From Lingula anatina (taxonomy: Eukaryota > Animalia > Brachiopoda): DNA of 64,000 nt. The position numbers and the translations under genes are program-made. The notes below the pieces were generated by a model. It searched no databases, was not told where the DNA came from, and was given only the letters and a program-made list of their open reading frames with translations. Shown piece after piece: positions 12,226-25,641 of the stretch. Numbering within the stretch: position 1 is the stretch's first letter; the number at the start of each line of letters is the position of its first letter. Location of the stretch: the NCBI GenBank assembly GCA_051362555.1, contig CM120647.1, positions 16,096,651 to 16,160,650 of the forward strand. The letters are read 5' to 3'.

Positions 12226-15025
12226 CAAAAGATCATTATCTCCAAAGACACTAGAGTGACTTTTGTCGAAATCGTATTGCATGAAATACACGACAATTAA
12301 TGAAAAAGCCATTTTCTTTAAAATATGCCATTGCTGCACCTAAAGCGTCCCCACTCACATTCCGATGTACTGAACCGAACAAGGTGACATATTGCGGGTT
12401 TTCCACGGTGATCTGAATTAATTCAGCGTAGACACTTATAACTACTGTTAGTTATCCAGTGTGGGGCTTTATGTTGCAAAATTTACTTAAGGGCGCGTTG
12501 CCAATGAAAATATCGATCAACTTGACTGCCGTGTCCGTTCGTTTGCAGTCAAAACGAAGTGAAAAAGCTTTCACAATCTGAGTTCATACGAAAGTTAATC
12601 ACCTCCGCCCAGCTGCTCGAGGAGTTTGGGTTAATTCCACATTGGTTTATTAGATGTGATCTAGAAGCTGAACGTTTTCCAGTCTATATTCCACACGAAA
12701 CACCATTTTGAGCTTGCAGCTTATATTTCTAGTCACGCAAAATTAATGGTTAGTGAAGTCAAATAAACACCTATGAAGAGAGTATGTAATTTGTCGGAAT
12801 GAGAAAACACGCTTTAATTTTATGCACGACATAAATCAATGCGTTTTGCTCATGTTAATGCGTTTTACAGAATGATAACAGAATAAGGCCTCAACTTTTC
12901 TATTTGTCCTGACATGATAACTGCGTAATTTTGAATTGAAATTGAAAAATGTCGTGCCCTCTAAATGTAGTCCGTTAAAATCTTTAATTTTTTTTTGCAA
13001 TATTTTAAAGGTACCCGGAGTCTCAGCGTGTATTGTGACCGATGTTGTACATGTATGTGTATACATTACGCATTTATTCCCCAAAGCTTTCTGTAGCATG
13101 GTATTTTCACCGCTTTCTTTAAATAAAATACCATTTTTTCCATTAGAATTTGAAAGGAAATAAAATGAAAACTGTACGCTTGATGGTGTACTCAATGATG
13201 ATCCTGTGCTGAAAGAGAGATTAAGTATTGAGGGGGAACCGTTCGAAAGAACCGCCCTTTTTATCAGGAAAGGGTCCATTCTGGGTAAAAATTGATATAG
13301 GTGCACAAAAGTTTCATTGTAAAAAGTCCTCTTTTTCGGAAAAAGAACCCCCCTTTTGAAATTGCTGGCTACAGGCTTGTTGTTTTTATGATACTTTGCT
13401 GCTCGCGTTTGAAAGATTGGTACATTATATGCGCTGTCGGAAGCGTGTCATTTGACGAAGGGTGCGATTAAAACACCAGTTTAACGATTATTTTTCTTGG
13501 TCTAACTAAAAGCAATGACGTCGCTTCATTCCATTCGCATTGACCAATGTTAAGGCTGTTTGTAAGAATATAATTAAACCCATTCCTTATGGTAGAAGTG
13601 CCTTTAATTTCCTTTAATCGACACCGTATAGACAACCAAACCGTTTGTCGTCGTCAACTAAAAGTGCAGATCTTGATTAGGTCCCTGTGGAGATACCACG
13701 GCACAGGTGATTTGTTAGCTTAGGTGAGTCTATTCTATTCTTACGTAAACCTCATTTTTTTCAGTAGCGAAACTGATTAAGAATTTATAGAAACAGCGAA
13801 TTGTTATGTCCTTCAAAAGGATGGTGTGGGCCGAATATCGGCACATACAGGTACAGTATATCTAAATAGTGGATTTTTAGATAGGTATGTCGTTAAGTTT
13901 GTAATGAAGACACATGGCCAGATTATATAAGGCAGAGGTATGGTAAAACATGCTAATGAACTGAATCTTGACTACTAATTACATAAAGAATTCAGGAGGA
14001 CCTTTAGAAATGTTTTAAGCACGCGCATATGCATAATTGAATTGGTGCTGTTTAATTAAGTCATGAGCCCTATTGAAATAAGAGTCTTAGCAGATTCTAT
14101 TTGAATTCGATTATTCGGATATTAAGCAAAGCAAATGGCTTTTTGGGTCATATGACATGAAAACCTGTTGCGATTATCAAGTCCATATCATTGGTTTATC
14201 TCAGTGATAAAGACGGTGTGTGGAACATTAGATGAGTTACATGTTGGCTGAACTGCCTTATCTCGCGGTCTTCTGAAATCGTGAAATAAAGCTGCATAAA
14301 ATGTGACCGCTATGCGTCAAAAAATTGCCATTTTCGCTGACGTTCATCTCCACTCACATACCAACGTGTTAGCACGCCTTGTGCACAGCATCAAAATGAG
14401 CCTGGTTGTTGACATCTACAGTTTGAGGTCATGTCCGTGCCTGTGGTCGATGTCGTTTTCTTGATCTTTGCTTACTTGTACTGAGAGAGTATATTATATC
14501 TACATGTACATATGTTTTGTTGCCAATCCAACAGGTATCAGAAAAAAAATTCTTAGTTTTAGTACACATTTTACTTTTTTTCAAAGACGAAGCATGCGCA
14601 TTGGAGCACGAGGAAAAAACTTAAATGTTGTCAGTAGATGAAGAATAAATGGAGCTGTAATTGTTAAATTAGTCACCTGCATCCTGAATACCGTGTAATT
14701 ACACTTAATCTGAATTAAATATGCCATAAAAAGGATATACTCAACAAATTTGAAGGTAACATAAAATGGCCATGTTTTAAGGCATCATAATGCATGCAAT
14801 GCCATGTAATCTAAATAAACTTGTATTTGGTTTCACAGTTTAATTACATACATTTCAGCTTTTCTTAGGATAAAAACTTTCATTTCAGCGATTATACAAT
14901 GTGGATATATTTTTTCCATGAACATTATACATACAGTACATGAATCCAAATGCATATTAATGTAGCTGCGTTCATTATATGTAGTGTTTCTTGCATATAA
15001 TCATATGCATTGGTTTTGTTTCCAG

Positions 15026-15238
15026 ATGATGATTTTTCTCCACAGCACGCTGGGGCCTGCATTGCTAGTATGGTGCTTACTAATTGTGATTGGGACAGTG
15101 TCACATGCGAAGAAAATAAAATTCCCGGACACGACACCCAGGCCACCGATCAAAGGTAATTTAAGAAATGCTTTCTCAATTGTTAACGTTATAACGTCAC
15201 AGTGTTGTAGTGCTTGTCGCATATAATAAAGTTAATTT

Positions 15239-15270
<32 letters not shown>

Positions 15271-18200
15271 TGGTTGTACAACGACAACAATTATAATAAT
15301 AATTATTATTATTATAATGATGATGATGATGGACTTGCAGTAAAATAACAATATACACAATATCTATTACTTTCGGCTATACTGCGCATAGTTTAGAAAA
15401 GGGTAAAAAATGAAATAAAAAATAGAGTGAATAAAAGTCTCCCCATGTTTCTACATCAGATTGCTCAATTGACCTGTGTCTTGCCATCGACACGTCTGGA
15501 AGTTTAGAAGTAGAGACCACTGACGGAAAGACCGCCTTCGACCACGTGATAGACTTCACCCTCAGCCTCATGGAACGCGTAAATAACTTGGGGCTGGACG
15601 TCGATCCACGCTACGCCGCTGTTGTCTTCTCCCATACTGCCAGAGTTTACTTCAACTTCAATATTAATCAAGAGATGAAAACGCTTAGACCAAAATTAAA
15701 ACGACTGAAGTTGTTTGGTGGAGGGACGAATATACCGGATGCCATGACGACGTGCCGGAAGTTACTCACGGATCCGGCGAGTGGTGCTCGACTGGTACCG
15801 GAAGTGACGCAAGTGGTGCTCGTGTTGACGGATGGTGTCAGCACCAAAGGATTGGGTAGGCTCTCCAACATTACCAAAATGATGGTACAAGTAGTACTAT
15901 TTGACTGTCTGTAAAATTGCACATTGTTTTTTTTTATTTTACAATACATTTATTCTCATTATTTTAGCCTCTGGTAAAGATTGAACCCTCCCTCCCCTTC
16001 AAAGAAAAAACCAAAGAAAAAAGAAAAGAGAGAAAATCGAAGCTTGAATTACCACCTTTCAAGTGTCATGAATTCTAACCATCAATTTCCAGGTAAAATG
16101 AGCATAAGTGAAGCCGCTTACGATTTGGGTAAACGTGGCATAATAAGCATCTCTCTGGGAGTCGGAAACCTGGATGATAAAGAACTTCTTGCCATCGCCC
16201 AAGACAGCCCAAGCGCCACCTTCCATGTCGATGATGCGGAGAGTTTAATGGATATAATTGACACAGTTGGGATATCTGCTTGCACGGCAACCTTACCTCC
16301 AACAACTACAACTACTACAACAACTACTACAACGACAACACCTACCACAACTACTACTACTACTACGACTACAACTACAACAACAACAACAACAACGCCA
16401 TCTACCACCACTAGGCCAACTACAGGCTATCTTCCATTTACAAGCTCTAAGTCAATTGCATCTTCTACACCAACTACAGCATCTCCGCCAGCTACAATAT
16501 CAAAGTCCATTACAGGTTCTACACCAATTACAGCTTCTCTGCCAGCTAAAATATCAAAGTCAATTACAGGCTCTAGACCAACTACAGCTTCTCCGCCAGC
16601 CACAATATCAGAGTCAGTTACAGGTTCTACACCAATTACAGCATCTCCGCCAGCTACAATATCAAAGTCCATTACAGGTTCTACACCAATTACTGCGTCT
16701 CCGCCAGTAACAATATCAGAGTCAATTACAGGTTTTACACCAACTACAGCTTTTCCGGCAGCTACAATTTCTAGGTCAATTACAGCTTCAACGCCAGCCG
16801 AAGCCTTCAGGCCAACAACGTCTACATCAACTACAGCCAATACGCCAATCACACCTACGCCAGCTACAACTACCTACCGAACAAGTAGTACACTTTCCAC
16901 CACTGCCAAACCGTCTGTAACCAGGGAGTTCACCGCGGCACCTGTGACCCACATCGTGCCTGATGTACCTACCACGACTAAACCAATAACGACCAGTGAG
17001 TTGGAGGATTTCCATGTAGACAAAGAGTATGGCGGGCGGGTGACACCACCGACGCCACCAGGTGGGTACTGTATTTGTCGCATGAGTCATACCGGTAAGG
17101 TGGTTTTAGTGTCAGCACATAAACAACCCCAGCTGACCCCCCCCCCAACCTTAGCCAACACTACACCGCCCCAACCCAGCGCAAAACGTATCCCCCTACT
17201 CCAGACCCCACTGCATTCCTCTACCTAAACCCAAACAAAACAGCAATTGCAGTTTTAGTCACCCTGACGATGGGCATCAACCAAGGTTTCGGGATTTGGG
17301 GTAGAATCAAGTGAGATTTAAGGGGAAAGGAGCAAGAAAAACCCTGTAAAGGCATATCAGCTAGTGAAGTGTAGCAACGATTCATTAAAACTGACATCAG
17401 ACGTCCATGGATATTTTCTGTTTACTTTCTGCCGTATTACCTAGTCAGTATATATTTAAACTTATAATTGGTACGTTCACAAAAGCGGACTAACTAGTCC
17501 ACGGTTCAAATATGTCCAACCCACTTCAGTGCTTGTTCCGTAATACCCACGGGAATCTAGTCAGTGTTTGTTAAGAGATGAGACGGCAAGCTTTCAAATG
17601 GGTCGCCATATTTGATCCGCGGACTAGTTAGTCCGCTGTTCTGAATGCAGCCATTGTCTGGTTTTCCAGATGTCAACTTTTCCTGTTCCTCATGGAGCGA
17701 GTGGGAGGAGTGCGACCGCCCGTGCAACGGAGGGGTGCAGACCCGTTACAGAGACTGCTGCGGGAATTGTGAAGAACCTGACACAACGCAAACGCGCAAG
17801 TGCAATACTCAACCTTGTGCAGGTGAGCTTTTTACAGTTACAATTTTATTATGCCTTTAACGTATAAACAGACTTTCGGTTTTTGTTGAATTTTTTTTAT
17901 TGTGTTTTCATACGTTATGTCACATACCGCCATCATCTTTTAAAAAGTCAAATTAATGCCTCCAGTTCACGGTAGATGGAGCCAGTGGACGGAGTGGTCG
18001 GACTGCACAGCTAGTTGTGATGGGGGCGCCAGGGGGCGAACTCGGTCGTGCACGGCACCCCATCCTGTCGGAGACGGTCAAAGTTGCCAAGGGTCATCTG
18101 TAGAGTTCCAGAATTGTAACTCACATCGCTGCCCAGGTAGGTCAACTGCTGTTTCAGCTGTCCAGAAGACTATTTATCTATTTTTTAATTTATCGACTTC

Positions 18201-19073
18201 GATTCAAATGATTTATTTATGGATTTGAACTTACATTTATTAACCACCTACTCACTTAGCCATTAAATTTTTACCTGCTTTATGTTGGATACTGAAAATT
18301 GCAAACTTGAATACAAGAAAAAATCTCACATAGTTTGTCAAATCTGATGTTCAATTTCAGTGTGTGAAGGAAGTCACGTGCGCGATTACACGTGCTCACC
18401 CCACGTGCCGCTGTACTTATACTGCCAGCGCGGCACGGTGAAGGTCACGGGCGTCTGTGCAGTGTACAATTTTATACGGAACATGTGCATTCCGATCCCG
18501 GATCTCCTGAACCAACTCAACGTAAGTCGAAACTATTATGTATATAGTATATATACATGTACATACATGCCAAAACTTCAATGCATGTTATGGAATTGCT
18601 GTACCAGTATTTGACCTCGAAAAATGAAAAAGCAGGTGACCGAGTGGTTTTAATAAGATTGGGACAGTGGGAAACTAACTACTGTATCTCATCAGTTTTA
18701 CTTTCCCCTTAATAAGTTTATTTGTCGTAAATTCCATGTTCTCCTCTGCCCGCACATCGTTGAGTATTCAAATGTGCTTTCAATTTCTATTTTATGATCT
18801 GCATATTTTATTTTATTTTGTTTTTATTCTATTTTATATATTCTCATCTATTCAATAATCCGTCATTTATCTATTTATTTTTGTTTATTCGTCGTATACA
18901 TGTTTTATGTGTTTTAGTCCCAATGCAGCAGCACGTCGTTTTGCCGAGTTACTAACACGTGTGGTGACCTCGACTACCTCTCCATCCGGGTTACCTACCA
19001 ATGCTGTGACGTCACCCCTGTGTGTGACCAATGGAGCAAGGCGCCAGAATGTCAATCATTCACTGGTCCTTAA
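15026..19073 (+). CDS. Secreted vWA + Thr/Ser/Pro mucin-like stalk + 2xTSP1 + C-terminal SUEL/Gal-lectin-like domain (~711-722 aa)
   Basis: Exons 15026-15155 (signal peptide), 15460-15855 (vWA with MIDAS DTSGS, TNIP, LTDG), 16093-17061 (or the alternative phase-1 donor at 17094), 17670-17822, 17966-18136, 18361-18521, 18918-19073 (stop TAA). The C-terminal Cys pattern LYC..G.V.V...C...C.V...CG...YLSIRVTYQC resembles SUEL lectin domains; that domain call is less certain. Probable UTR exon donor at 13723. Confidence 0.85.
16300..16810 (+). repeat. Coding low-complexity region: poly-Thr followed by ~6 copies of a 54-bp (18-aa) repeat ASPPATISKSITGSTPIT
   Basis: Unit starts at 16479, 16533 and onward with 54-nt periodicity; ACN-codon run at about 16300-16400. 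Confidence 0.9.
17470..17652. mobile_element. MITE (family B relative), palindromic
   Basis: GCGGACTAACTAGTCCACGGTTCAAATATG ... CATATTTGATCCGCGGACTAGTTAGTCCGC inverted arms. Confidence 0.7.
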
Positions 19074-19404
19074 CATGTGATGCTCAGTTGACCGAGACGT
19101 TGTTTCTGCACAGAGAAGTCAGCTGTATCGCCGGCATGGTGATTCTTCGTTAGACCGTGGCTTCAATTCACAAAAGAAATTAAGTCCAAAATTAGATGCT
19201 GATATATTAAAGCGACAAGCTACGCGCGTAATTGTAACTAAACCCATCATAAATTGGCAAAACTTGATCAAAGGGAGGAGTGTGTGATGCCTCTTTTCAA
19301 GGTTAATACGATTGGCTTTTGATTATATAATGAGGACCCCAACACCGGTACCGATACTTCATTTCAGTTTCTTTGAGAGAATTACAGAAGTATCCGATAC
19401 ATTC

Positions 19405-19690
19405 GCTCCATTCGGAATGGATGATCCGAGTACTTACTGATCCGCCGACTAAATATGGCCAACCACAATTCCAAAGCGATGCCGCTGATTCCTGATGGTT
19501 TCCCCGACTCTACACGCGCCTTTAAACGGATTAGATATGTGCTCCGAGGTTTAATTGCCAGGCCCCGGCAGCAACCGCGCGTGTGCAGGCGGGGAGAACA
19601 AAAGGATCCAGCGGCACCGCTTTTGAAATGAGGTCGGCCATATAAGTCAGCAGATCAGTAAGTACTCGGATCATCCATTCTGAATGGGGC
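19405..19690. mobile_element. MITE with ~90-bp imperfect TIRs (family B)
   Basis: GCTCCATTCGGAATGGATGATCCGAGTACTTACTGATC...GATCAGTAAGTACTCGGATCATCCATTCTGAATGGGGC. Related GGTCGGCCATAT-containing copies lie at 17470-17652, 38135-38215 and 39890-39972. Confidence 0.8.
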
Positions 19691-20699
19691 TATACATGCA
19701 CGCATTCGTTTTACCCGGTGACTTTTATGTCAAATATAAAATGCCAAAAAATGACAACCTTAAGAACGCGGAGCTCGATACGTAGTACGAATAGAGAATT
19801 GCCCATGCTTTTAATTTTTTACCAGCAAGGAATTGTCTTAAATTGGCAGTCGTTTGTTCAATGTTATCTTAACTGTCATCTAAAATGTGAAGGATGACCA
19901 TTCATTAGATGTATGCAAGATACTATTATTAATTTGTTAACTTCTTGACAGAAATCATCCGTAACAAATATTTCTCAACAGCCCATGAGTGCAGTGCTGT
20001 TCCTAATTATCTTTTAGTCGCGTTGATAAAAATGACAACAATTTCAATTTTCTCCATAGCCAAGGGGGTGTCTTTATTAAGCGCATCATTGACACATTAA
20101 TTACTGAGTTTAAGAATCCGAATAAAAACAGAACAGTAGACTTTTTTGCTTTATGTCTGTATATATAAAGTGTACCCGTGTGTTTGAATTCATCCGAGGA
20201 TCATTAGAGACAGCCCAAAGTCTCGCGACTTATCGTGACCATGCGGGATTAAGATCTCTCAAAACATACCGAACATGTATCGCTAATATATATCGCTCAG
20301 TGTGAAAATGGCTCACGTGTAGACACAGATCTATGTAAGAGTAAACCACCGACAATTAACTATTTTGCTTAATATCACCAATGCACAAACTATTCTTTCT
20401 GACGTCCCTTACAGTTTCTTTAACCGTTTTATATTTAAATTGCAATAATACCGTATGATGTCACCTAATACAGATACATATTATATTATATTATATTATA
20501 TTATATTATATTATTCCTTTTTTACACTTGATAAAATGAACGTCCCTCCCTGTATACACTGCATATATGTATATATTCATGATTATTCTCTGGGTTCTAG
20601 AACATTTCCAATACAAATTCGATCATGAGTCTGCGTTTTTAGCATGAAAAGGTTATTGCCGTTGGTTTATATAAAATCCTTTCGTCTGTGTGGACATGC

Positions 20700-20825
20700 A
20701 TTTCCGTCTCTAGGTTCCCTGTTCCTCATTTCTAATATTACCACATTGATATTGATATACGTATTTCCGTCTTTAGGTTCCCTGTTCCTTATTTCATATA
20801 TTACCACAATGACATTGATATACGG
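20700..20825. repeat. Two-copy 63-bp tandem duplication just downstream of the CEMIP-like stop codon
   Basis: ATTTCCGTCT(C/T)TAGGTTCCCTGTTCCT...ATATTACCACA.TGA.ATTGATATACG repeated at 20700 and 20763. Confidence 0.85.
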
Positions 20826-20981
20826 GCACGTGCACAGCTCTGCACAAATAACAGTGAAAAACAGCCAGAAAAATGGTATGTTTTAAAATGTTCAGTTTTT
20901 TAACAGTCCTCGTCAAGAAAGCGTGGATAATAAGGCATTTCAGTTATCTTTTCGGTTGGATTCAGGAAATGTCCGCTCGGG

Positions 20982-21176
20982 CTATGGGTTACTTCTGATC
21001 GTGAACGGTTTCGAAGCACCAGCTCCAATCTGTACAAAAAAGAAAGAGTTGTTGTTATGTATTTACGCCACAGACACACACAAACACACTCACACATACA
21101 GTATACAGTAGGGCACCCTTACCTTTAGTACATTTATACATGTATATCAAAATAAACAAACAAACAAACAAACAAA

Positions 21177-21207
<31 letters not shown>

Positions 21208-24200
21208 AGGCAGACTGAAAATGTCAAAAAAGAAGTATATGTATACAATTTCTAAGAATGTATACTCAATCTGGGGGGGTGGGGGTGGGGAGTTGTATTC
21301 GTCAAGGAGACGCAGAGAGTGGGAACTATTGTACTAGTAGCGCCGTTATCTACAGAGTTACTTACCCCGTCACCGGGACTGGGGGTCACAACCAGTTTTG
21401 CAGGGGCCGGTTCCACGATGGCATCACCGTTAGGGGGCTGAAATATCCAATGCGGTGAAACGATTGTTAATTCATTTTATTCTTATTTACAAAGGTACGC
21501 CACCCGCTTAATATTTCTCCAATCGTGATTTCATTATCAACATGATTCGTTTAACAAGTGTGAAATATTGCTCTTTATCCCGGCAAATTAAAAGACTGGA
21601 AAATAGAATGCATCAGAGTGTGTGCCGAATGGTGTAACGAAAATGGGGGTCCGTGTAACAAAAAGTCCGCCCTCCATTTAGTGAGTCAAAATCTAGGGCG
21701 ATCGAGGCTCACCTGTACAAGTAAATGGGGAACTATCATGGGGAACTCTCTGTCAGGTTACACCAGTAAATGTTCCAATTTGGTTATTATGGAAATGTCT
21801 ATTTACCACCGGATCCCTAGCGTAGGGCCCGTAAGCAGCAGGGTAACAGAATGCCGGACTGTAGCCGCCGTCGTTGCGGGTTATTTTTATGATTGGACAC
21901 TTCTTTAGCGGGCAGGAGAAATCGTCGCCGTCCAGGCGTTTCATTTTGCCTTCGAAGTAAAGAAACAAAAGACTGAAATGGAAAAAAGGCACGTGCAGTG
22001 ACTGTGCAAGCAAGGAAACCACAAGACTTGTCCAAATAAGGTTTTTCATGCGAGAGTATCTCTCTCTCTCTCTCTCGTGTCCTTGTGTCAATGTTACGCG
22101 CCTTACTTTGGCAACAAACGTTCAGCTTCAACCAACATAATATAACTCTTTATCATTGTTAAATATTATTTATTTATTTACAGACTTGACATTTAATATG
22201 GAATATTTTTTTCGAAATAATTTTTTATCAGTTTTTTCCTATTTTGCTGACTGATAAATGAAAATAAGGATTAAAATCGTGTTTTAATAAGTTTACATTA
22301 TCTCTTTGATGTCATTGTGACATCAGTTCATTTATGGTATTCGCCAGAGAAGCAAACAAAAACACATTGCCTATTCTATGTCATACGACTCCCATTAAAA
22401 GAGATATTTTGGATCTCCATATTTTCCAAATTATCGTCTGTAAAAGGGTAATACGCTCCACAAAAGACCCTCATGTCAGTTGCTAGTCACAGTAATGGTC
22501 TTTGTTACGCCTGGCCTCTTCGTGGCTGTTGCCAGCGCTCTCAAGCGGCAAGGCATTTCTTGGGGGTAGGTTTTTAGAGTTCAATCTGGAATAGCATTCC
22601 AGGCATCGGTCTAAAATTGTCCAATCTGGTCCAGTTTTGTTGTAGGACATGTAGGCAGTTGAATGGTGAGTAATGGTCTACCGAAATATTGTCTATGTGG
22701 TTCAAATGTGGCGATTTTGATGACCAGGGTAGCTGCTCATTCCCTTGGTTCTGTAAGTTATCTGCTATTAAAAGTGCTCTGTGTGAACCTGCAACCTCAT
22801 CGTGCAACCTAGAATTGTTCCTAAGGTGCCCCCTATCAAATGATAGTCAAGTGGTCCCGAGATTATTCCCTTATTTGATCTGGTTCAGGTTTTCGTCGAT
22901 GACTACCATTGGTGTTTTGGCACCAATGTGGAATCTACTCCAAATACTGACGCTGTCAATCACCCTTGTCACTTTAGACCCCGCATATGCTTCGTCGTAG
23001 GCCTCTTCTGGATATCTGTAAACTCTGTTTTGACTAATTGGGCGGTACAGGTGAAATCCGACCGCAATAAAGAAAGACACGCAGTTTCAGTGTTCTACCT
23101 AGAATCGTTCATGGCCCCCAATTCATTAGAGAAACAGACGACGATGTTTTGCTGTATACAGTGGGTACCTCGGAGGTCATTTGGTGTTCTGACCTGCTAA
23201 AACCAGTTTGTTGTTCGCTAAGGGCTTTGAAAAACGCATTTTAGTGGCAATTTACCCCTCGTTCTGAACAGACTAAGTGTTTTTTGTTAGGTTGCAGCAG
23301 CGTATCCCGAAAGACAGTGCATCCTGTACCCTGTAGGTAAAATTTTGATACATTGGGGATGACTTCTGTGTAGGTACATCAGTCTGGGCATTACTCTATA
23401 AAACTGTGGGGACCGTTCCGTTTGGCGCTATGATCTGTCTGGTTATGTCTGTCTTTTTCGAGCAATTCTGCCTTAGATTAACAAATTTGTAGTGCACTAC
23501 TTGACTCATCTTACGCACTGCAAAACTGACCGCTTGCATGCAAAATTTCAAATTCTTCTATGCAGTAGTTGCCGAAATATGGATACTTTTTTGGCAGAAC
23601 CAAGCTTTGCCTAAGCCAAGCTTTGATCAGCCCAAAGGAACACTACCCAATTTAATCACTGCAAATTACATAATGTAGCAGCGCAACAGGCATGAAAGTC
23701 AGTTAATTGGTAGTGACACACCTGACTGCACACTTTTACATTCATAAATCTTATATGAAATTTTGAAAAGAAAACGTATTTTTACCTAGGTATACCTTCG
23801 AAACTGAAATATTCCATATGAAATGTCAAGTCTGTATTTATTTATTTTTGCTTGCCAGTTTGTTCGTTTGTTTTTGTTTATTAATTAATTCATTATTTTA
23901 TCTATTCAGTCATTCGTTTATTTATTCGTTATTTATTCATTCATGTATTATTTATCTTGTTTTCCATACAATACCCTGTGCTGGAGTCCCAGTAAGCTAC
24001 CAGATGACTGGAGGCGGCTTTGGTCTCAAAATCCTCAATGCTGCTCGCAAAAGTAAAGTCTCTCCCAAAGTACTTCTTCTCGATAGTGAACGAGGAAGAG
24101 TTTTTGGGGAAACAGATCCCAATTCTGACACGAAAATGTCTGTAAAGAGATTTATTTGTTAAGTCCGGTTTTCAACTATTGCACTACTACTATAACGTCT

Positions 24201-24267
24201 ACTACTACTACAACTACTACTACTACTACTACTACTACACGTACTTCTACAATGTAATACTACTACC

Positions 24268-24300
<33 letters not shown>

Positions 24301-25590
24301 TACATGTTTTTGTTTTCGAGTGAATACGCCTAGGAGTACAATAAAACAATGCAAATTATTGAAGACGTACAAAGAACGCGAGATAGTTGATATCAAACTT
24401 TTAGTAAAATAGATGCAAAAGCAAAGTACAGGGACCATTCCAATTACCCTATCGCACTAGCAGGATCGATCTATCTCCGAGGGGATTTTCGCTAAATTGA
24501 GTTCGAAGTTAGATCGATCCCTCTAGTACGATAGATTTATGGGAACCCAGTCAAAGACAGTGCCTTACCTTTCGAACCCATGCAACCTGAACTCCAAATA
24601 ATCTGGAGACGGTCCCACAAAGTGCATGGTGTAACTGTAGCCGTTGATGACCAGGGGTCCGATTTTCTTGGCGCCGTCAAAGTACTCCAGGTGCTTGTGA
24701 AAGTCGTCCCGTACCATGTACATATTTTCTTTGAGTTTAACGTCCGCCTGTGAACTTTTGACTAGCCGAATCTGAAAATGTGCATGTATTACTATAAGTC
24801 AAATTGTTGGCATCATAGCGGAGTCAAGGTAATAAAGGGAAGATAAAGAAAGAAAAACGTTGCGTCTTCTGCAGCAAATACAATGTAACGCTATGTTTAA
24901 TCCTTGGCATGTGCATGCGTGCGTGTATCAAAAGTGAACAAGCGTGTGTGTGTTTGTGTGTTTTCATTTGCGTGCGTGCAGTTTATCTAGTGTGTGTGTG
25001 TGGAAGGTTAACTGTCTGTATTGTTTGCGTGTACCTGCGTGCGTGCGTGTGTGTGTGCGTGCGTGTACCTTGGCCATACGGTCCGGGCATACTGCCAAGT
25101 TCCAATCCGTCTTGTTATAGCAGTTTTGGGTGTTCACAAACTGCCTTGGTTTGACGACAAACACGTCCGTCCTGCCGGTGACACTGCCGTCAAAGTCCCT
25201 CGTCGCCTTATGTCTGTCGCCCGCATCGCCGCCAAACCCATCGGCCTCGTCGCCGTCAAGCATTCGATTCCCGTCCTGACATATAGGAAACACCAGATAA
25301 GGAGAGTTGGGGAGGGGGGGGGGAGGGGGGGTTAAACCCTCTCTCACCGACCTCTCAATACCGGCGAATCAAAGATTTTATTTGCTTTGCTTTGTTTTAC
25401 TTTACTTTTAGCTCTCTTTGCAAGGTTCATCTAGCTCCCACAAAGCAGGCCGATCTCAAAGCATTAGTTTACGAGAAACATTGTATGCCTTAGATAAAAT
25501 TAAAAGTCATTTGTGACCAAATGCACTTATTATTTACGACAATTTTACTTTTACTGTATTATTTAAATTTATTTATAAATATCTTATTAT

Positions 25591-25641
<51 letters not shown>

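Noticed and set aside
12836-13306. 156-aa minus-strand ORF
   Set aside because: It begins inside a MITE copy and has no domain or splice support.
16118-16852. Poly-Val and Gln/Leu-rich ORFs in other frames
   Set aside because: Shadow frames of the Thr-rich mucin exon.
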